63,985 nucleotides of DNA, filler included, from Choristocarpus tenellus KU-1152 (GCA_964200185.2; 7 parts of 7 records of this genome joined end to end with filler, not necessarily neighbours in it), one strand, 5' to 3'. Shown: positions 1 through 14,403, counted from the whole stretch's first letter. Notes: generated from the sequence alone by a model not told the origin. Numbers and translations: made by a program.

Positions 1-182
1 TGACTATCGTGTTTGTTAGCAAGTGTCAATATCCATGTTCCAGACACCTTTTCATAACTTACACACTTTACCTGGACCTAAACGCATTTGAGTACGAAAA
101 ATGTCATAAAAGAATCCATGGGAAGCCAAGCCACAAATGGACGAACAGGGCAAAACTCGTACCCTCTAAGATACTTTCACTC
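1..182 (-). mobile_element. MITE family A copy, truncated by window start
   Basis: Ends in TACCCTCTAAGATACTTTCACTC; body is the reverse complement of the copy at 2608-2868. Confidence 0.85.
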
Positions 183-2607
183 CGTAGTGTATCTGTGTTG
201 AGGATTGAGGATGAACGATTATGAAATATACCCTCTCCCATTGGGTATGTCCCTGAGGTCATGAAGTCGGGGCTTTCCATGTTGTCTATGCTTCCGGACA
301 TCGGCACAATGACTTGAAAGGACAGGGGGCCCATAGTAGAGTTCATTCTCTGCATTATCAAAAAGATATTTGGAGGATGTTGTGTAGTTCTCAACAGTAA
401 AGAGGTATGGGAGGAACTATGTGTGATGAATAAAGGCAAGGACTGGTGGTCGTGAGGTATGTATTTCAACCCTACGTAACAAATTTTGGAACAACACTGT
501 ACATACAGTGAAGGGTGAGAAATATATAGGGTTAACAATTTAAGGTTAAATTTATTGTAGGACTGTGTGTAGGGAGGACAGCATCTACAATTTGATTACT
601 GGGTCTGAATTAGTTGACCATTGTAGCACCCTATATAGGAAGGACCGTTAAAACATATTTGAGTATCTTTGTGTTTTTTATTTGACAGGGAGTGATTATC
701 ATACTTCGATAAAGCATTTCGTGTAGGGGGTATTGTATGCATTATTTTCTTGTTGGGGTGTGATTGACACAATTGTGGTTCTACTACGAACAGGGAATGT
801 GTCACAAAATATAATTTAAGACATATTAGGAATGAGCACTATGAGTATAACCGGTTCCCCAGTACAAATACATCGATTTGAATCCCTCCAACAATGATTT
901 GCCCCTTGTGACCACAAGTTGTACAAATAAATCACAATGTGTTGATTGTCAACATTTAATCATCTCGAGGGAAGATTTGTCCCACACCATTATCAGAAAT
1001 ATTAAAGAGTACAAATGATTCGGATCCACAAATGAAAGAGTTCACTCCAAGATCTTTGAATTGTGAGGATATATACCCCAAAGTGCATAACTCAGATTTA
1101 TCACACAAACAGCCATTGATTTGTCAGAAATTGATTTGTACGACACATATCGCGTTAGATTTGTCCCATGTGTGAAAGAGTCCCAAAAACACAAAAACAC
1201 ATCAAAAAGTGTCAAAATAACTCCAAAAACATGCCGGAACGGATCCGAAAATACCCAAATATGCCTCAAAAACAATCCAAAATGGTGCCAAGGTGTCAGA
1301 ACTATTGTTCGAAAATGGCTTAAGAATGAGGTGAGAACTGGAAGTGGTATCTCTTCGGAAGAAGGAGGATGCCCCTATCCACCATAGCGCTGAACTAACG
1401 TAGATTAGAAGGAGGAACCTCAAGAAGAGCCACTTTGGTTGTTGGTATGGATGTTGTCAATGTAAGGGGCCTTGTGTCTTACACTTTGTTTTTGTTGATA
1501 CTTGCTAAGGGGGAGAGTCTTGCCATGACACTCCCTATTTCTACGACATTGTCAGACGTTGTTCTTATTTGTTTGTATGTTCATAGTTCCTGGGGAGGGT
1601 AAGCCTTTCTATGGCAGCACCCTTTTTTTTTGTGACCGTGAGGCATTGTTTTGGTGTTCCGTAAGTCGTTTGTGTTTCTAATTCTGAAGGGAGAAAGTCC
1701 TTTTAGAACAGTACCCTATTTTGACATGAGTGTGAGACTCTGGTGTAGGAGGTACTCTCTTGAACGCTGAGTCAAATGCAGAGTGCGTGCCGTGAGGTGC
1801 GAATTTCATGCTAGCATATCTGTTTTCAGGGCAAACTTTGGGAGGGGTTTTCCCCTTCAGGTCTCTTCCTGTACTGGATACCTCACGTTGCCTAATGGTG
1901 TGTTAGGACCTGGAAATGGCATTAATTTTATCTCTGCTACGTTCATAATAGGATAAAGAGTGGCATTATATTTCCTTGTCCAACCGCCTGTTCTTCGCAT
2001 TGAAGCAGGTATGCTTCAGGCGGTATGTCTAGATGGCGGTTTCATAAACGCCATTATGACCTTGAAGACCTAGAATGTACTTCTTGACTATTTATTAATT
2101 ATTTAGTCACTATGATGCCCCATTGAGGTCATACATCGTTGCCAGTCCATTTTTGTACGATGGTGGTACTTATGAAGTTAATAATCGAAGTAAGAGTCAG
2201 CATACTTGACGACATTCGCATCATGGAGCCTTGTACGAGCTTCATGGTCTACACACGTTCTCAAGGATTGGAGGTACATATCTCATCATGGTAAGGTTGT
2301 GGAGCGTTTTATAACACTTCTACTCCTCAACAGACTCCGCAGCATTGCCAGATGATCAAAGATGGTATGGACAGAACGCTTAATATTATGGGTGCAAAGT
2401 AGGTGAGTAAACTAATATTGTTATGCGACAAGGAGAAGCTAACTATTGATACCAACGTAAAAAAATCCAAATAATATTTTCATTTAGTTTGGGAGGGGAT
2501 GGCGCCATAAAGACTATGGTTGAGGTACCGACTGTAGTTGGGGTACCTGAGTCTCCTGCTTGTCGCTGTTGTCATCAGTGTTCCCCTGTTTACCCTTGGC
2601 CTGTGAA

Positions 2608-2868
2608 GAGTGAAAGTATCTTAGAGGTATGAGGTTTTCCCTGTTTGTCCATTTGGGGCTTAGCTTCCCATGTTTTTTTTATGACATTATACCTACTCCG
2701 AAATGTTTCAGAGTAGGTATAATGTATATACGTTATGAAAAGGTGTGTCGGGTACAAGGTTATTGACGTCTCCTAACAAGCACATTAGTCAAAATTACAT
2801 CAAAATCAAAACACTGGATTTTTGAGCCCCAAACGGACGCGGCTCTACCCTCTAAGATACTTCGACTC
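2608..2868 (+). mobile_element. MITE family A, full length (~260 bp)
   Basis: Terminal inverted repeats GAGTGAAAGTATCTTAGAGG ... CCTCTAAGATACTTCGACTC, flanked by a 4-bp direct repeat TGAA on both sides. Confidence 0.9.
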
Positions 2869-4395
2869 TGAAGGGACTGCAGAATGTACGGATGAGGGGA
2901 AGACAGGAAAAAAAACTCCCATGGTCTCGGAGGGTGGTGGGCAGGACTAGGCAATTGCTTGCATAAATCCCATCGTCCTGGCCTTGGGAAATGTCCAGTG
3001 TGGTCCTGACCAGGAACTGGTTGATCTTGGTGGACTTGGTGGCTGGGTCTAAGGCAGAGGAATTGAAGGTTAATCAAGTTAGGAATGAACACAGTGTTAT
3101 CTCCGGAGATGACGATCATTGTCTCTTATTAAGCAAAGCGAGGATAACTGTGGTGGAAGCAAGGGTGACGTGAGAGTTATCTATAACTGTGCAAGGTTAA
3201 CTCAGGGTTCCTCTGACCTGATATATGAAACAATGAGGTTGTGAATCCCAGGTCTGTCTGCTTCTGGACAGAATTTCGTTGGGTTCTTCATGAAAAGTCC
3301 TAACCACGCTGGTAATGGAAACTGCAGCAATCTTGGTGGGGGGGGATCAGGGGAGTGGTACGGGTAAACTTGGAAACTTCTCTGGATTATCTCAATATCT
3401 TGGTCACCGTTGTGGGTTGTTCAAAGTGTTAGATGAGATTCTCTTCTCACCTTCGCATTTGAAAACTAGACAAAATTTAATCACTGTACATTGAGGGTAT
3501 ATGCAACACATTCACAGCATGCATATCAATAGCAGCACTATAGGAGTATTAGTAGAGTTAATAACTTGTAATTTTATGTTTTAACACAACATTACATAGT
3601 CGTATCCCAATACTTCTGGAGAGTAAACATAGTGTTGCGTATGTTTCCATCTTTATTTTTATGTACAAAACACAGTGTTGAGTATTAAGTTGTCTTTGTC
3701 TATTGTCTGAATATTTGTACTTGGAGTAAGTGATAATATTAACTCTTTAAAAAAAACCTGGAACAATCAAATGTCTACCAACCCAACCTAACCCAACCCA
3801 AACGTGTTCTTCGTGCCAGGACACTAGACCACTACCAGAAACTTCTGTACCTGATTAATCTCTTCATGAAGAAGGTACCAGCTCAGAGTGGTAGGAACGT
3901 ACCTAGTCTTTGGCATTGCATGGAGTGGTTGCTTTGTTTTCGCGTCTATGTATTTTGAATATAGGGAGTCCTCGACCCTCACTCTTTGTGCTTTTACCAT
4001 TCTAACTGTTTTATTCAGTTCTCCCCTCTCTGTGAATTGATGTACGATCTTGGATCTTACACACTGTAGCTTCCGCTGGACCGGGCAGAGTAGACAAAGA
4101 CCAAGTTCTGTGTATGTGACGTTGGGGTTGACACCATAGTCTCTCCAATTCGCATGATGCCCTTGTCCGCTTCTGGCTAAAGCCCTGTGTTCAGAAATGC
4201 AACAGCATCGTCTTCTGATGCGGATGACGATATCGCCGACATATTGCTGAGGACTTACCCTTTGGCGTTGTTTTCGAACTAGTAGCCACTTCTACCCTTC
4301 AACCAGAATCTAGTAAATACATGCATTGATGGAACTGTTGCATACACACCTGATCCAAGACCTCAGGATCTCCGAGTGAACCTCACCTTGAGAGT

Positions 4396-7300
4396 ATGGA
4401 GATACCCAAGGCTCCCTCACGAACGGCCTCGATGAGGTTCGGGCGTGCTGGAACGGTGATGGGAGGCGCAGATGCCCTGGCAAGACGAACCTCGACCCAA
4501 TCTGTGTTGGCTGAAAAGATACGTGATGTTGAATCGCAACAGGAGAGCAATCTCGGCTCTGTTTCAGGTGATTTTCCAGGATTCAATCAAGGGCAAGGAT
4601 ATATTTACGTTAAGAATATCACATATCTGCGAGACCATTTTCCTTGTGCTTCGAATATATACCTTCGTCCTCGTTCTCCAAAACTGTTGCATCACATAGC
4701 ACAAAAATAATAATCACATCTGCAAACCTGACGATGTAACATTTTCACCCAATCACACATTTACCTTAAACTCCACATCTTCACCTCCTCATCCCTACTT
4801 CGATCACAGTTTTTGTGTTGTTGTTGTTGGTATCTGGTTTTGTGACCCCTTGGAGAAGAACCCAATCTCTTGTGGTCTAACCGTTTCTAGTCTTGTTTTG
4901 CATATTTCACGGGGGTACCACCACATGAAGGGAACTGAATCGTTATCTTGCTCCGATTTGACATGCAATGAATGCATATCTTACAGATCAAGTATCTTGC
5001 TCATTGTACTCAAGTCTGAGAATGGTTGAGGGAACAGAGTACATAGTGGGAGTATACACCCAAAAAGTATCATTGATTTGATACACAGAGTAGTTCTGGG
5101 GTAGTAACTTGTATACGAGGTCAAGGGTTGAATAGCTGCAAGCGTCTCAACTAGTGACTAAAAATTGTCTTGTCCCATGGTCAGAATATTACTCAGGATA
5201 CTTATTGTTGATATGTGACCCATTGCATGTCGGGTGTGTTTGACATTGCTGTGGAAGGCTACGCTTGGCAGGCATGGGGCCTTCTACAGGATTCCTTGGA
5301 GGCTCCAGACAATAGTCTTTGTGATTGGATTGTTGATGTTGTAAGAGGGTTCTGTTCCTGAAATGTTTTTTGTTCCACATACAAGTTGGCAGCAGACTTA
5401 CTTTGGACTCAGTATCCTGTCTGATGTTTGTTGCAGGGTAGGTTCCTTGAAGCTACAATTTAGCCAAGACAACCTTTCTTTGCAGCAGCCATACATGCTG
5501 ATGATTTGCTTATCTGAGACCATAGGTTGTTGCTGCATTCCCTTCCTTACCAGGGCATAAGAAAAGAGAACGGAGGCGCCTTGACTCAGGATCCATTACT
5601 GCAAATGAGAAACGTACGCCATCCTCATTTCGGCGACCATCACGGGGAGATGTGCGTAAGGAAGGCGTTGGGTTAAAATCCTTTTCATCAAAGCGTGATG
5701 AAGATATCAAGAAGATTATTGAGGCATCGTTGGCGGTGAGATAAGCCACACGTGACTAGCAATGTTAGAATCAGGGGTATACATCGCTCGCCTCTATTTT
5801 GGGATGTTGTGACAGCCTAAGAAGCTGAGTTGGGTGATGTAACGCCCATTTCTCACGATATTCTGGGTTTGATTTCTGCCAGGTTATGATGACTGTTTGC
5901 CTTTTTCTTCTCTTGATGCATTTTTTTTATTCTCTTTCCTTGCTTGAGGTGATGTCTAGAAGTGTGATGTCCAGAAGTGTTGACCTACAAATCACATCTC
6001 ATGCCATGGTAAGAGTGCAGAGATGTTTTGTCCACGTCTGTAACCTTCCAATTATGTCCTGGTATATGTTCCGAAACAAGACACTTTGGTAGCATAGCTA
6101 TTTTGTCATAATTGATTGTTTGTTGGCAGCGTATGCAGGTGATTGGTCCTGCTCAGGCATCTTTGTTCACCTTTGTTTGTAGTGTTCCCTTTGTATGTAT
6201 CACCAAGTTTGCTTCCACTACTTTGCATGCACATCAATATTCTCCCTCTTGGGCATGGCTTGCACCATTCTCATCTGGGCACGAATGGATAAATAATGTA
6301 TATAGCCTGCGGGAGGTTGTGAATTGTAGTTACTGCTCTTCAGCAATTACAATTCGTTTTGACTTGAAGAGTAGTGTGGGATCACTAGTTGATTTTTTAA
6401 AATTGGTTAGTTACTTACTTGCCCCCCCTTTTTTTTTGTGCTGATTGTTATTTTTTTATTTTTTATTTTCCCCTCGTGGCCCTTGTTTCTTTGCACTTTT
6501 TTTAACATCTTGTCTTGAAATTTCCTTGCAATGTCTTTCCAGTGCTTGGTGCTTCAAACATGTATTGATTCAATCAAGTACATTACTATGTTTGGACCAG
6601 TATTATATATGTTGACAATCGTTAAATATTCACCTCCCCATAAAGTTAACTCGTCCAACATGTGAAATATGGATCTTATGTGGGCTTCGATTTTCTACTC
6701 CATCATTGTTAGTATTAGGACTTTTAATGCCGAGCAAGTGTGAACGGTCCAGTCAGAGATTTGGACCAGTTACAATATTTTCTGATGTGTCTGGACCAGG
6801 GTCAGAGGTTGTAACCGGACTGGGCTGTCAGCTAGACCTGCAACCACGTTAAATCAAAGATGGTACAGAGCTTGCCTGGTCTGATATCATTAACTCGATC
6901 ATAAGATGCGACAGAGTGTGGCTGAAGGCATACATGAAATACACGGTTATCCCAGCATGTATTCGGAATAGTTTGGGTGGGGTTTGATTTGTTTTGACTG
7001 GGTCAGTCTGATTCACCTTGTCCGAGCTGGCCCGGTTAGAGCACTTTTTCTATGCAGTGCTGTCAACGACTAGAGTGTTTGAACGGGTTTGGGGCATGGG
7101 TTGGCATGGACCCAATATGTTCTAGCAAATCCGGTCCGTGGGTGTCAACTAATTGAATATGACTGGGTCATTGGCCTGCCCACGGCCATGTATAGACCCC
7201 GGAAATGCTAACTGTCTTGGCTCATGAAAAGCCCTGGTAAAGAGTGATTTCGATGATAGCTACCTTCCCCATTCTGTGTCTTGTTTTCTACAGGAATCTT

Positions 7301-10300
7301 CTCAAAATACGCCATCCATGTTGGAGGGGGTATCCTCAGGGAGAGTCATTTCTCCAAGGTATGGAATACAAAATTTGTGCCCCAGATTTCAGATAGATGA
7401 CCTTTCCAAAAACACGCACCCCTTCAACACAGCTGGCTCTCTTTATACAAAGTATGGTGTTTATTATCGCCTACCCTTTGCCTTCTTGCTTGTTAGATTT
7501 TTTTGGGTTTGGTATGTTTCTTACTCCAACTGACTTAGTTTTGTGCAATGGGCTTCCACCTTCTTTCTTCAACTATCTCAGCGATTGAGATGACATTCTT
7601 GGTGACGTTCTTGGTGCTTGGAGCTGTATTCACTCGTCACCCAAATCCAAAACACACTTTTTGAATGTCTAGAGTTGTGTAGGGTGTTGCTCTTATTGCA
7701 GAATTTGTGTAATATGTCATACACCCTTGTTGTTAGTAGGCGCTGGACTCATCCACTATCAGGAATTGAGTTGGGTGAGCTGGTGGATCTGCCTGGCATG
7801 ATTCAGTGCTGCTGCAGGAGCTGAGATACCTTGTTAAACGGAACAATAGTCAGTGACTGGGCCCTCCTGAGCTGTTGGCTTTGCTAGCGTTCTGATTTTC
7901 CCGTTGGTGACAAGTGTCTGATTTCTGTGAATGCTATTGACCAGCTGAACCCTTGTCCACGTTGAGACACTTGCATGATGAGGAACAGAAAAAAAAGGTC
8001 TTCGTTTCTTGTCATGCAAGTATTCATTTTGTGAGGTAATAATGTTGCTGTTGTCCCTGTTGTATGGGGAGTGGTACTCAATTGTGGCTCAAACCTGGTG
8101 AATTTTGATGCATGTATTTTTTCACCACATTTCGAAGTATATATATTTTGTATATATATTTTGTATATATATTTTGTATATATATTTTGTATAGATACTT
8201 TGTATATATATTTTGTATATATATTTTGTATATATATTTTGTATATATATTTTGTATATATATTTTGTATACATATTTTGTATATATATTTTGTATATAT
8301 ATTTTGTATAGATACTTTGTATATATATTTTGTATAGATACTTTGTATATATATTTTGTATAGATACTTTGTATAGATATTTTGCTTGTACACTCCAGCG
8401 ACATAGGCTATGTGGGGCAATACTTCTCTCGTTCTATGGGTACCAACTCTTGCACCATTAAGAAAAAGAAGAAATGAGTCTTCAAAGTGAAAAAATAAGA
8501 TGATGGTGAGGGTGAGAAAAGCACAAAGTGTATTCATACACACAGTATTGTCGTTGCTGCTGTCTCTGCTTGTGTTGCATTCCACTTGTCTGTTTGTTAA
8601 AGTATGTGGCACTTCCTATGCCGTGCATATATTGTTGATTGTCAGCATGAACGGAGTAGTTATCAATACTGACGTGAATGTAAAACATGAAACTGCTCCG
8701 CAAGACCCCTTTCGGCAATGCATCAGAGCTTGGCACTCCGTAGCACCTCTCAGGAGATGTGGGGGGGGTACCTCTAAAAAGAACAAAAACAAGAAGTAGT
8801 ACCTGATAATGACCAATGAAAAGAAATAGTACCTGATAATGATCAATGAAAAGAAATAGTACCTGATAATGACCAAGAAAAAGCACTGCAACAACACGCT
8901 AGAAAATGTGTTCAAAGTAAATTCCCATTAACACAGAGTATTGAACCACTGGTCCACCACATTATTTACCAACCTGCCATATTTACCAACCATTTTTCAG
9001 TATGTGGGTACGTGGCATTGACTCGTGGGAAACATGCCAGTATGTTTCGCCCTTTTGTTGCTCCACTGTCAACCCTGTGCCTGTAATGCCATTTTTTTCC
9101 TCTTCTGTTTTTGTGTTTAAAGAAACACTTAGGGGTTAAAAGCTCCACCGTTAAGCATCCCCTCATGTGAATGGTGCCACAGGGTTGCTTGCATGGGAAG
9201 AGTTGTCCGCCCTTTTGCGAGGGACTCTGCGAGGGACTCTGCAAGGGGCGCTGTGCCTGTGCAGAGTGATAGGGAGAAACTGCGAGTTAGCCGGTCAAAG
9301 GTGAACGTCGTCTGCGTGGTGGTGAGTCATATAAAAAAGAGTTGCTCATCTCAAGTTACTCATCTCAAGTTACTCATTTTGCATATTTATGTGCTTGCTA
9401 GCGATGAATGGCTGTTGCTCTCAGAAGACGGACTTGTTGCTCTCAGAAGACAGGCTTGTTGCTCTCAGAAGACAGACTCATGAGTTACGAATGTTTTTCT
9501 TTGTAGCACTGGTAGAGGATTGAGTGGTCACTGGTAGAGGCCTTGCATGGCCTTTCTGATGCAATGAAATTCTTTGATCGTGTATGTGTGGTCCTTGCAT
9601 GCAGTGAGAGTTGGCTGATGGTATGTCTGACTTAGGGCAGTTTGTTTACTGTGTACAGCATGTGTATGTGTGAGAGGAGATTGGTGTGCTGAACTCAGAA
9701 ACACATGCCCTCCATGCTCGCGACATCTTCATCTACAGAACATTCACGGTTGTGTTCTCTGACTGACGCGTTGCTTGATGTAGAGGCCTCGCCTGTTACC
9801 TCTAGAACAAACCTACTACTTCTGTTTAAAATGTACTTACAGGTGGAGGAATGTACTGCCCCTTCAGGCACTAATTGGAAGGGGTCGGTGCAGGACATCA
9901 CAGTCAGTCCAACAGGGGAAGGGAAGGAAACAACCAGTGAAGGTGCGGATGTGCTTTTTTATTTTTTGTTTATTGACCTTGTGACTAGTTACTTCATCTG
10001 CCACATTTACCTCTCTCTAGGTTATTTTGATGGTATCCTATGTCTACTTTATGGGCATGTCTAATCACCAATTGTGTTTGACTGTGCTCATTTCGTGAGA
10101 GGCAACATGTGCACTCCAAAATGCCAGTTATTTGTGGAGGATTAGTCCAGTCTTTAGTAGTATTTTTGAGTATGGATTTATAAAAAAAAATCCTGTACCA
10201 AAAAATATCCAGTTGAGACTGATGTTGGAGTGTTCCACATTATTTTTATTTTCCATGACAACAGAACAGAAAAAAAGATATGAAACAATCTAGGACCCGT

Positions 10301-11161
10301 AAAGATACACATTCTTTTGCCCAACTCTCAAGGTGTTGTTTCAAACCGGAGTTGGTTGATGAAGGACCTCTCAGGAGTGGAGAGGAAGCAAAAAGAGGGT
10401 TGCTCGTTCAGTCTCCTATTTGAAACACGCGACAGGTGTGTGAAGTTCTACAGGTGCTTGATCTGGATTGCACACACTATTGTAGACATAGTGGAATCAC
10501 TGTTTTGCGTACTGGTTTGTTTTAGGGCAAGAGCGATATTACTTCCTATGGTGACAGATTTTGCTGCTGTATGGTGAAAGTCATTACCATGTGTTAAACA
10601 GTAACCTCGGTACACGGAACGAAGAGATGTGATAATTGGGGAAAACTAGAAAAGTATTGAGATTGTGGACAAGTGATGTTGATTGTCCAACGAATTGCAT
10701 CGCACAGGTGGTACCAGTGTGTTTCCACTGTATTGAACATTAGCTTGTAGTTTGTGGAATGGAGACTAGTATTTGATGTGTTGGCCATCAAACAGTTTTG
10801 AACTATCTATCTTGTAGTGTACCAGAAGAACCTGCCATTATCTCCGACGAGGACAACTTCTTATTGTACCTTGTCGCAGGAGCGGTCAAGACCTTGAGGG
10901 CGGAACTTGTTTGTTACACTTTTTTGTTTTTATTTTCATTCTCTCGCGGCGTTGAGAACCTGAATCTTAGTCCGACATCATCATTTTGACATTCAGGATC
11001 AAACTCCCAAAACCTTTTTATGGTGTTTCAACAGGGAGATGGCCTACAGCTGGGTTGGGGTGTCGCCCACAGCTTGTGAAGAAATACTGTGGGGAGTGTT
11101 GACGCTTTTCAAGGCTTTATGTGAAAGGGATACAATTGAACCGGTTAATGTCACCTTGAAG
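4396..11161 (+). CDS. Exocyst component Sec3/EXOC1-like gene, 5' exons (PH-like PIP2-binding domain); 3' part not resolved
   Basis: Phase-compatible exons 4396-4567, 5554-5735, 7294-7358, then uncertain exons near 7740-8035 and 9518-9620, then 9843-9942, 10333-10435, 11035-11161. The last three splice to ...SWLMKDLSGVERKQKEGCSFSLLFETRDREMAYSWVGVSPTACEEILWGVLTLFKALC, resembling the Sec3 N-terminal domain (plant KLYKLKHLSKVE...GCTFTLGFD...W pattern, recalled). Confidence 0.55.
8138..8383. repeat. 13-bp minisatellite (TATATATATTTTG / TATAGATACTTTG), ~19 copies
   Basis: Direct tandem array; explains the low-complexity ORFs YIFCIYILYIYFV and IYTKYIYKIYIQN. Confidence 0.95.
8791..8880. repeat. 30-bp tandem repeat x3 (AAGAAATAGTACCTGATAATGACCAATGAA)
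   Basis: Three adjacent near-identical copies. Confidence 0.9.
9413..9479. repeat. 22-bp tandem repeat x3 (TGTTGCTCTCAGAAGACRGRCT)
   Basis: Three adjacent copies. Confidence 0.85.
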
Positions 11162-11879
11162 GTAAGACGACCATGTCCTCTGTAGCCTTACCTGGGGAAT
11201 GGGTTTATCCAACACACCTCGGCATTGCAGTAGTAAGGGGTGCAGTATTCTAACTTTTACTTTGTTGTTGCTTAGGGTTAGGATGTTTTAGTGATGGAGA
11301 ATTCCTGCATCTCAATTCTTCTGCTGTGCTGGCTCTTCAATTTTGTGATAAACTTGAACTTCCTGATCTGCCCTCAATTGGTTGCTGTTAGGGCCTTCAT
11401 TCTTAACAAAGCTCAGTTATGCACCCATCTGTTGTCTGTGTTACAAGGTCGAGAATTATTTCCTGACATACGGGGTTCATTTTAGACATAGGATCATGAC
11501 TGTGTAGGATCATGACTGCGCTACCTTAGAGTCTTGCACTTGTTGACAATCACAATGGACTGTTCTGTGTGCATGATGTGTGTTGATCAATACTCTTTGG
11601 CATCTCTATTAAGATTGGATTTTTCTCAGCATCTTAACAGAAAGTTTGAAGGCACAGTTCAGGTGAAGGTGGTGACCTCTGCATGTGAGGTAGTTCAACA
11701 CACATGTGAATATTAGAATACCTAAAGTATGAAAAAGTGTGATGAGCCCCATCTCAGAGGCATTCTCATGTCCTTTTACATCAACATCTCTCGCGGTGAT
11801 TGGCTCCTTGGTTGTCAGCTACACCAACTAGCTGAACATTAACCCTCTGAAATGAGCGTGGTATGAACTTCAACACAGT

Positions 11880-14160
11880 CTGGGCAGGCCCAAAAAATTC
11901 ATTGACACTTGAAGCTGGGAGTCAATTTTGACTGGGTGATGATCAAATATTTGGGACATTGGCTTGTAAGAGGCAAGTCAGTGCGAAATTGAATGACTTG
12001 ACCATGGGCGTGACAGGCAGATGAAATCATGCCTTACATGCATCCTAGTTCGATGCGTGGCTTTACTCAAAAGAGTCAAGACTGGCAGCCCATTGCAGAG
12101 TCATCTCCACATAATTGTGCAACTTGCTATCCAATTAACTGGTGAATTGGTCTTGTTTGCGGAATCACGTCAGATTTTATAACATGAAATTGTGGACTTG
12201 TTGTTGCTACCTCAGTACCAATTGGTTTACATCATTCATGGTAGATTCAATCTTGCAAGAGCATGCAGGAGCTACTGGAAGCATGTGCCTGCTCCTAGAA
12301 GCAAGAAGAACAGCAGACCTATTTTGTTTCGAAAGGTCCCTCACAGTTTTGTGTTGGTCTTGAGTGGATGGATAGGTTGTGTGAAAGATTGTGATGTCTG
12401 TCACATTTTATTTCTATTTTTTCTGTACTTGAGCTGTTGGGCACAGAAGGAGCTGAATTGTAGTTTGTATGTAAGGTAAGAAATAGCTTGTCCTTTTTTG
12501 TTTGTTTGTCAAATTATGTCAACCTGCGGATGTTCTCAATCTCTGTTCAGGTGGTAGAATTACTGTGTAGGGTTTGGGGAACTGCCTGAAATCTGCATTG
12601 CTCCTTTTGTAAGCTGTGGTGTACTGCATTTTGCGAGGTGTAGCTTGAAATGAAGTACAGCCATGGGACTACAGATGGTCACCTCTGAGATACTGTAGTT
12701 CAGGTGGCTGAATGTATGACCCTGCAACATCGGACCCAGAGTACATCCAAGTCGTTCTCCTGATCTGCACTATAGAGACGTCTGGAAACGTTTGTGGTGT
12801 GTTCCTCGTGACCTTGGGTGCTTATTTCGCCAACTGGGGCACTTGAGGGTGCTCAGAAGGTTGAGAACAGTATGCAGGATTGTAGGATTTATGTGGGTCA
12901 GAATTTTGGCGAAGGAGTCGCCCCTCAGAGGACTTTTTTGGAACTGTGTTTGAAGCCTTTAGTGCGGAAACACTTGTATTTTGTGCTCCTTATGTTGGTG
13001 GGGGGTAGATATTGTCCATGAGATGGCTTGGATGTCCTCGGGGTGTGAAGAGCAATCTACGGAAGTTTAGAGAGAGATTGGCTCAGGATGCCTGCCTCCC
13101 GCCAAGTGTTGAGATAGCACTGTTTCACTAGAGCAGTAAGTTGCACGGCTGTCTGCCCTGGTGGAACAGTAATATCTCAATGTTTGACAAAGTTAGAGGC
13201 TGGGAACTTACCCAGCTTAATCCATGGGCCATTTCCCACCAATGGCGTACCCTCCTTGAGTGTCATATGAATCTTTGCATTTTTCTTTGAGCCTTTTCCT
13301 GAACCTCTCTCTCACTCTGTGTTCATCCTACGTGGCTTGAAGGTCTTGCAGGCACGATCTGATCTTATCTGATTGGTTTGTTCACCTCCTGCAGAGTTCT
13401 ATGCTGACCACTGCATTCATTGGCAGTCACGACTGAAGGATAACATTCAGCAGTCAATGAAATGCACAGGATCTTGGAAATATGTTGGGAGTCCAATATC
13501 TCGACCCCAAGGAAAGCTGTGCACCTAGCCAAGGTCTCCATTTTGGTCAAGAAAGGAACTGGATTCTCATCCTTCTGAAGTTCTAGCCTTTCCGTGTCAA
13601 GTTGAACCTTCCTCCTCTCTTGTCTCGTCTGCAGAATATATTCACTCACCAGGTCTGCACAATAGCCACTGGGTGACCCCTGTCCTGTGTAGATTAAGGC
13701 CGGACGATTGTACAGCATACATGTCAGAAGTATACATGTCAGAAGTATACATGTCAGAAGCGATCAGACCTCCTCTGCCATTTGGCATTCCTCAAAAGTC
13801 TCCATACCCATAGCACCATCGGGTGCAGCAGTACCTGCTGCAGTCAGGCACCCGCCCTCCCTGCCTCTGGACCCCAATAACAGTCCACTTGCATCAGTAA
13901 TAATAACAGGACTTTTCCTGCAGGGGCTCTTCGCCTCCTGGCTGCTGGGTGTCCACTCTAGATGATGAGGGAGCACACTGCCCAACTGTCCCTCTTGAGC
14001 CTTTTTACAGCCCAGGAAGCCCCACCCTGCACTGCAACTGTGGTCTCTTCTGTTACGTCTAATTTTACCTTTGGCCAAGAAGGCATCTTGTGACCAAGAT
14101 GACATCACATGGCCAGGAAGACATTACACTGCTGCGGCAACCGTGGTTTGGTATAGTGGG
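11880..14160 (-). mobile_element. Degenerate Ty1/Copia LTR-retrotransposon remnants (gag and RNase H end)
   Basis: ORF 13365-13718 (ELQKDENPVPFLTKMETLARCTAFLGVEILDSQHISKIL) fits a Copia gag/UBN2-like region. Near 12020-12055 the minus strand reads RTR..MHVRHDFI, similar to the Copia RTKHIDVRHHFIR terminus. Many stops and frameshifts; limits approximate. Confidence 0.5.
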
Positions 14161-14403
14161 TTCAATGATCCCTGAATGATGATGCCACAAGATTATAGTA
14201 CCTCCTTGGATGATATGGTATGTAGTATTGAAGTATGCACACTGGGATCCACGTTTGGCCTCTACACTAGACTATGCTAGTTTGCCATGCCTATGCAGCT
14301 ACATCTTGCAGACTGGATTGCAAAGTACAAGGTGTCAGCAATGTACACCCAGTGTACATGTATGTATGCATCAACATACTCTATCGTATACAGAGAGGAC
14401 ACC

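Noticed and set aside
230-2500. Possible decayed retroelement on the minus strand
   Set aside because: Looks like eroded coding sequence, but I could not identify a diagnostic motif with confidence.
7884-8612. 242-aa and overlapping ORFs rich in IYTKYIYK
   Set aside because: Translation of the 13-bp minisatellite; no coding signal.
8791-8880. 30-bp repeats (also the 33-bp repeats at 34581 and 35-bp repeats at 32042) as possible CRISPR arrays
   Set aside because: Head-to-tail with no unique spacers, no cas genes, and a eukaryotic context.
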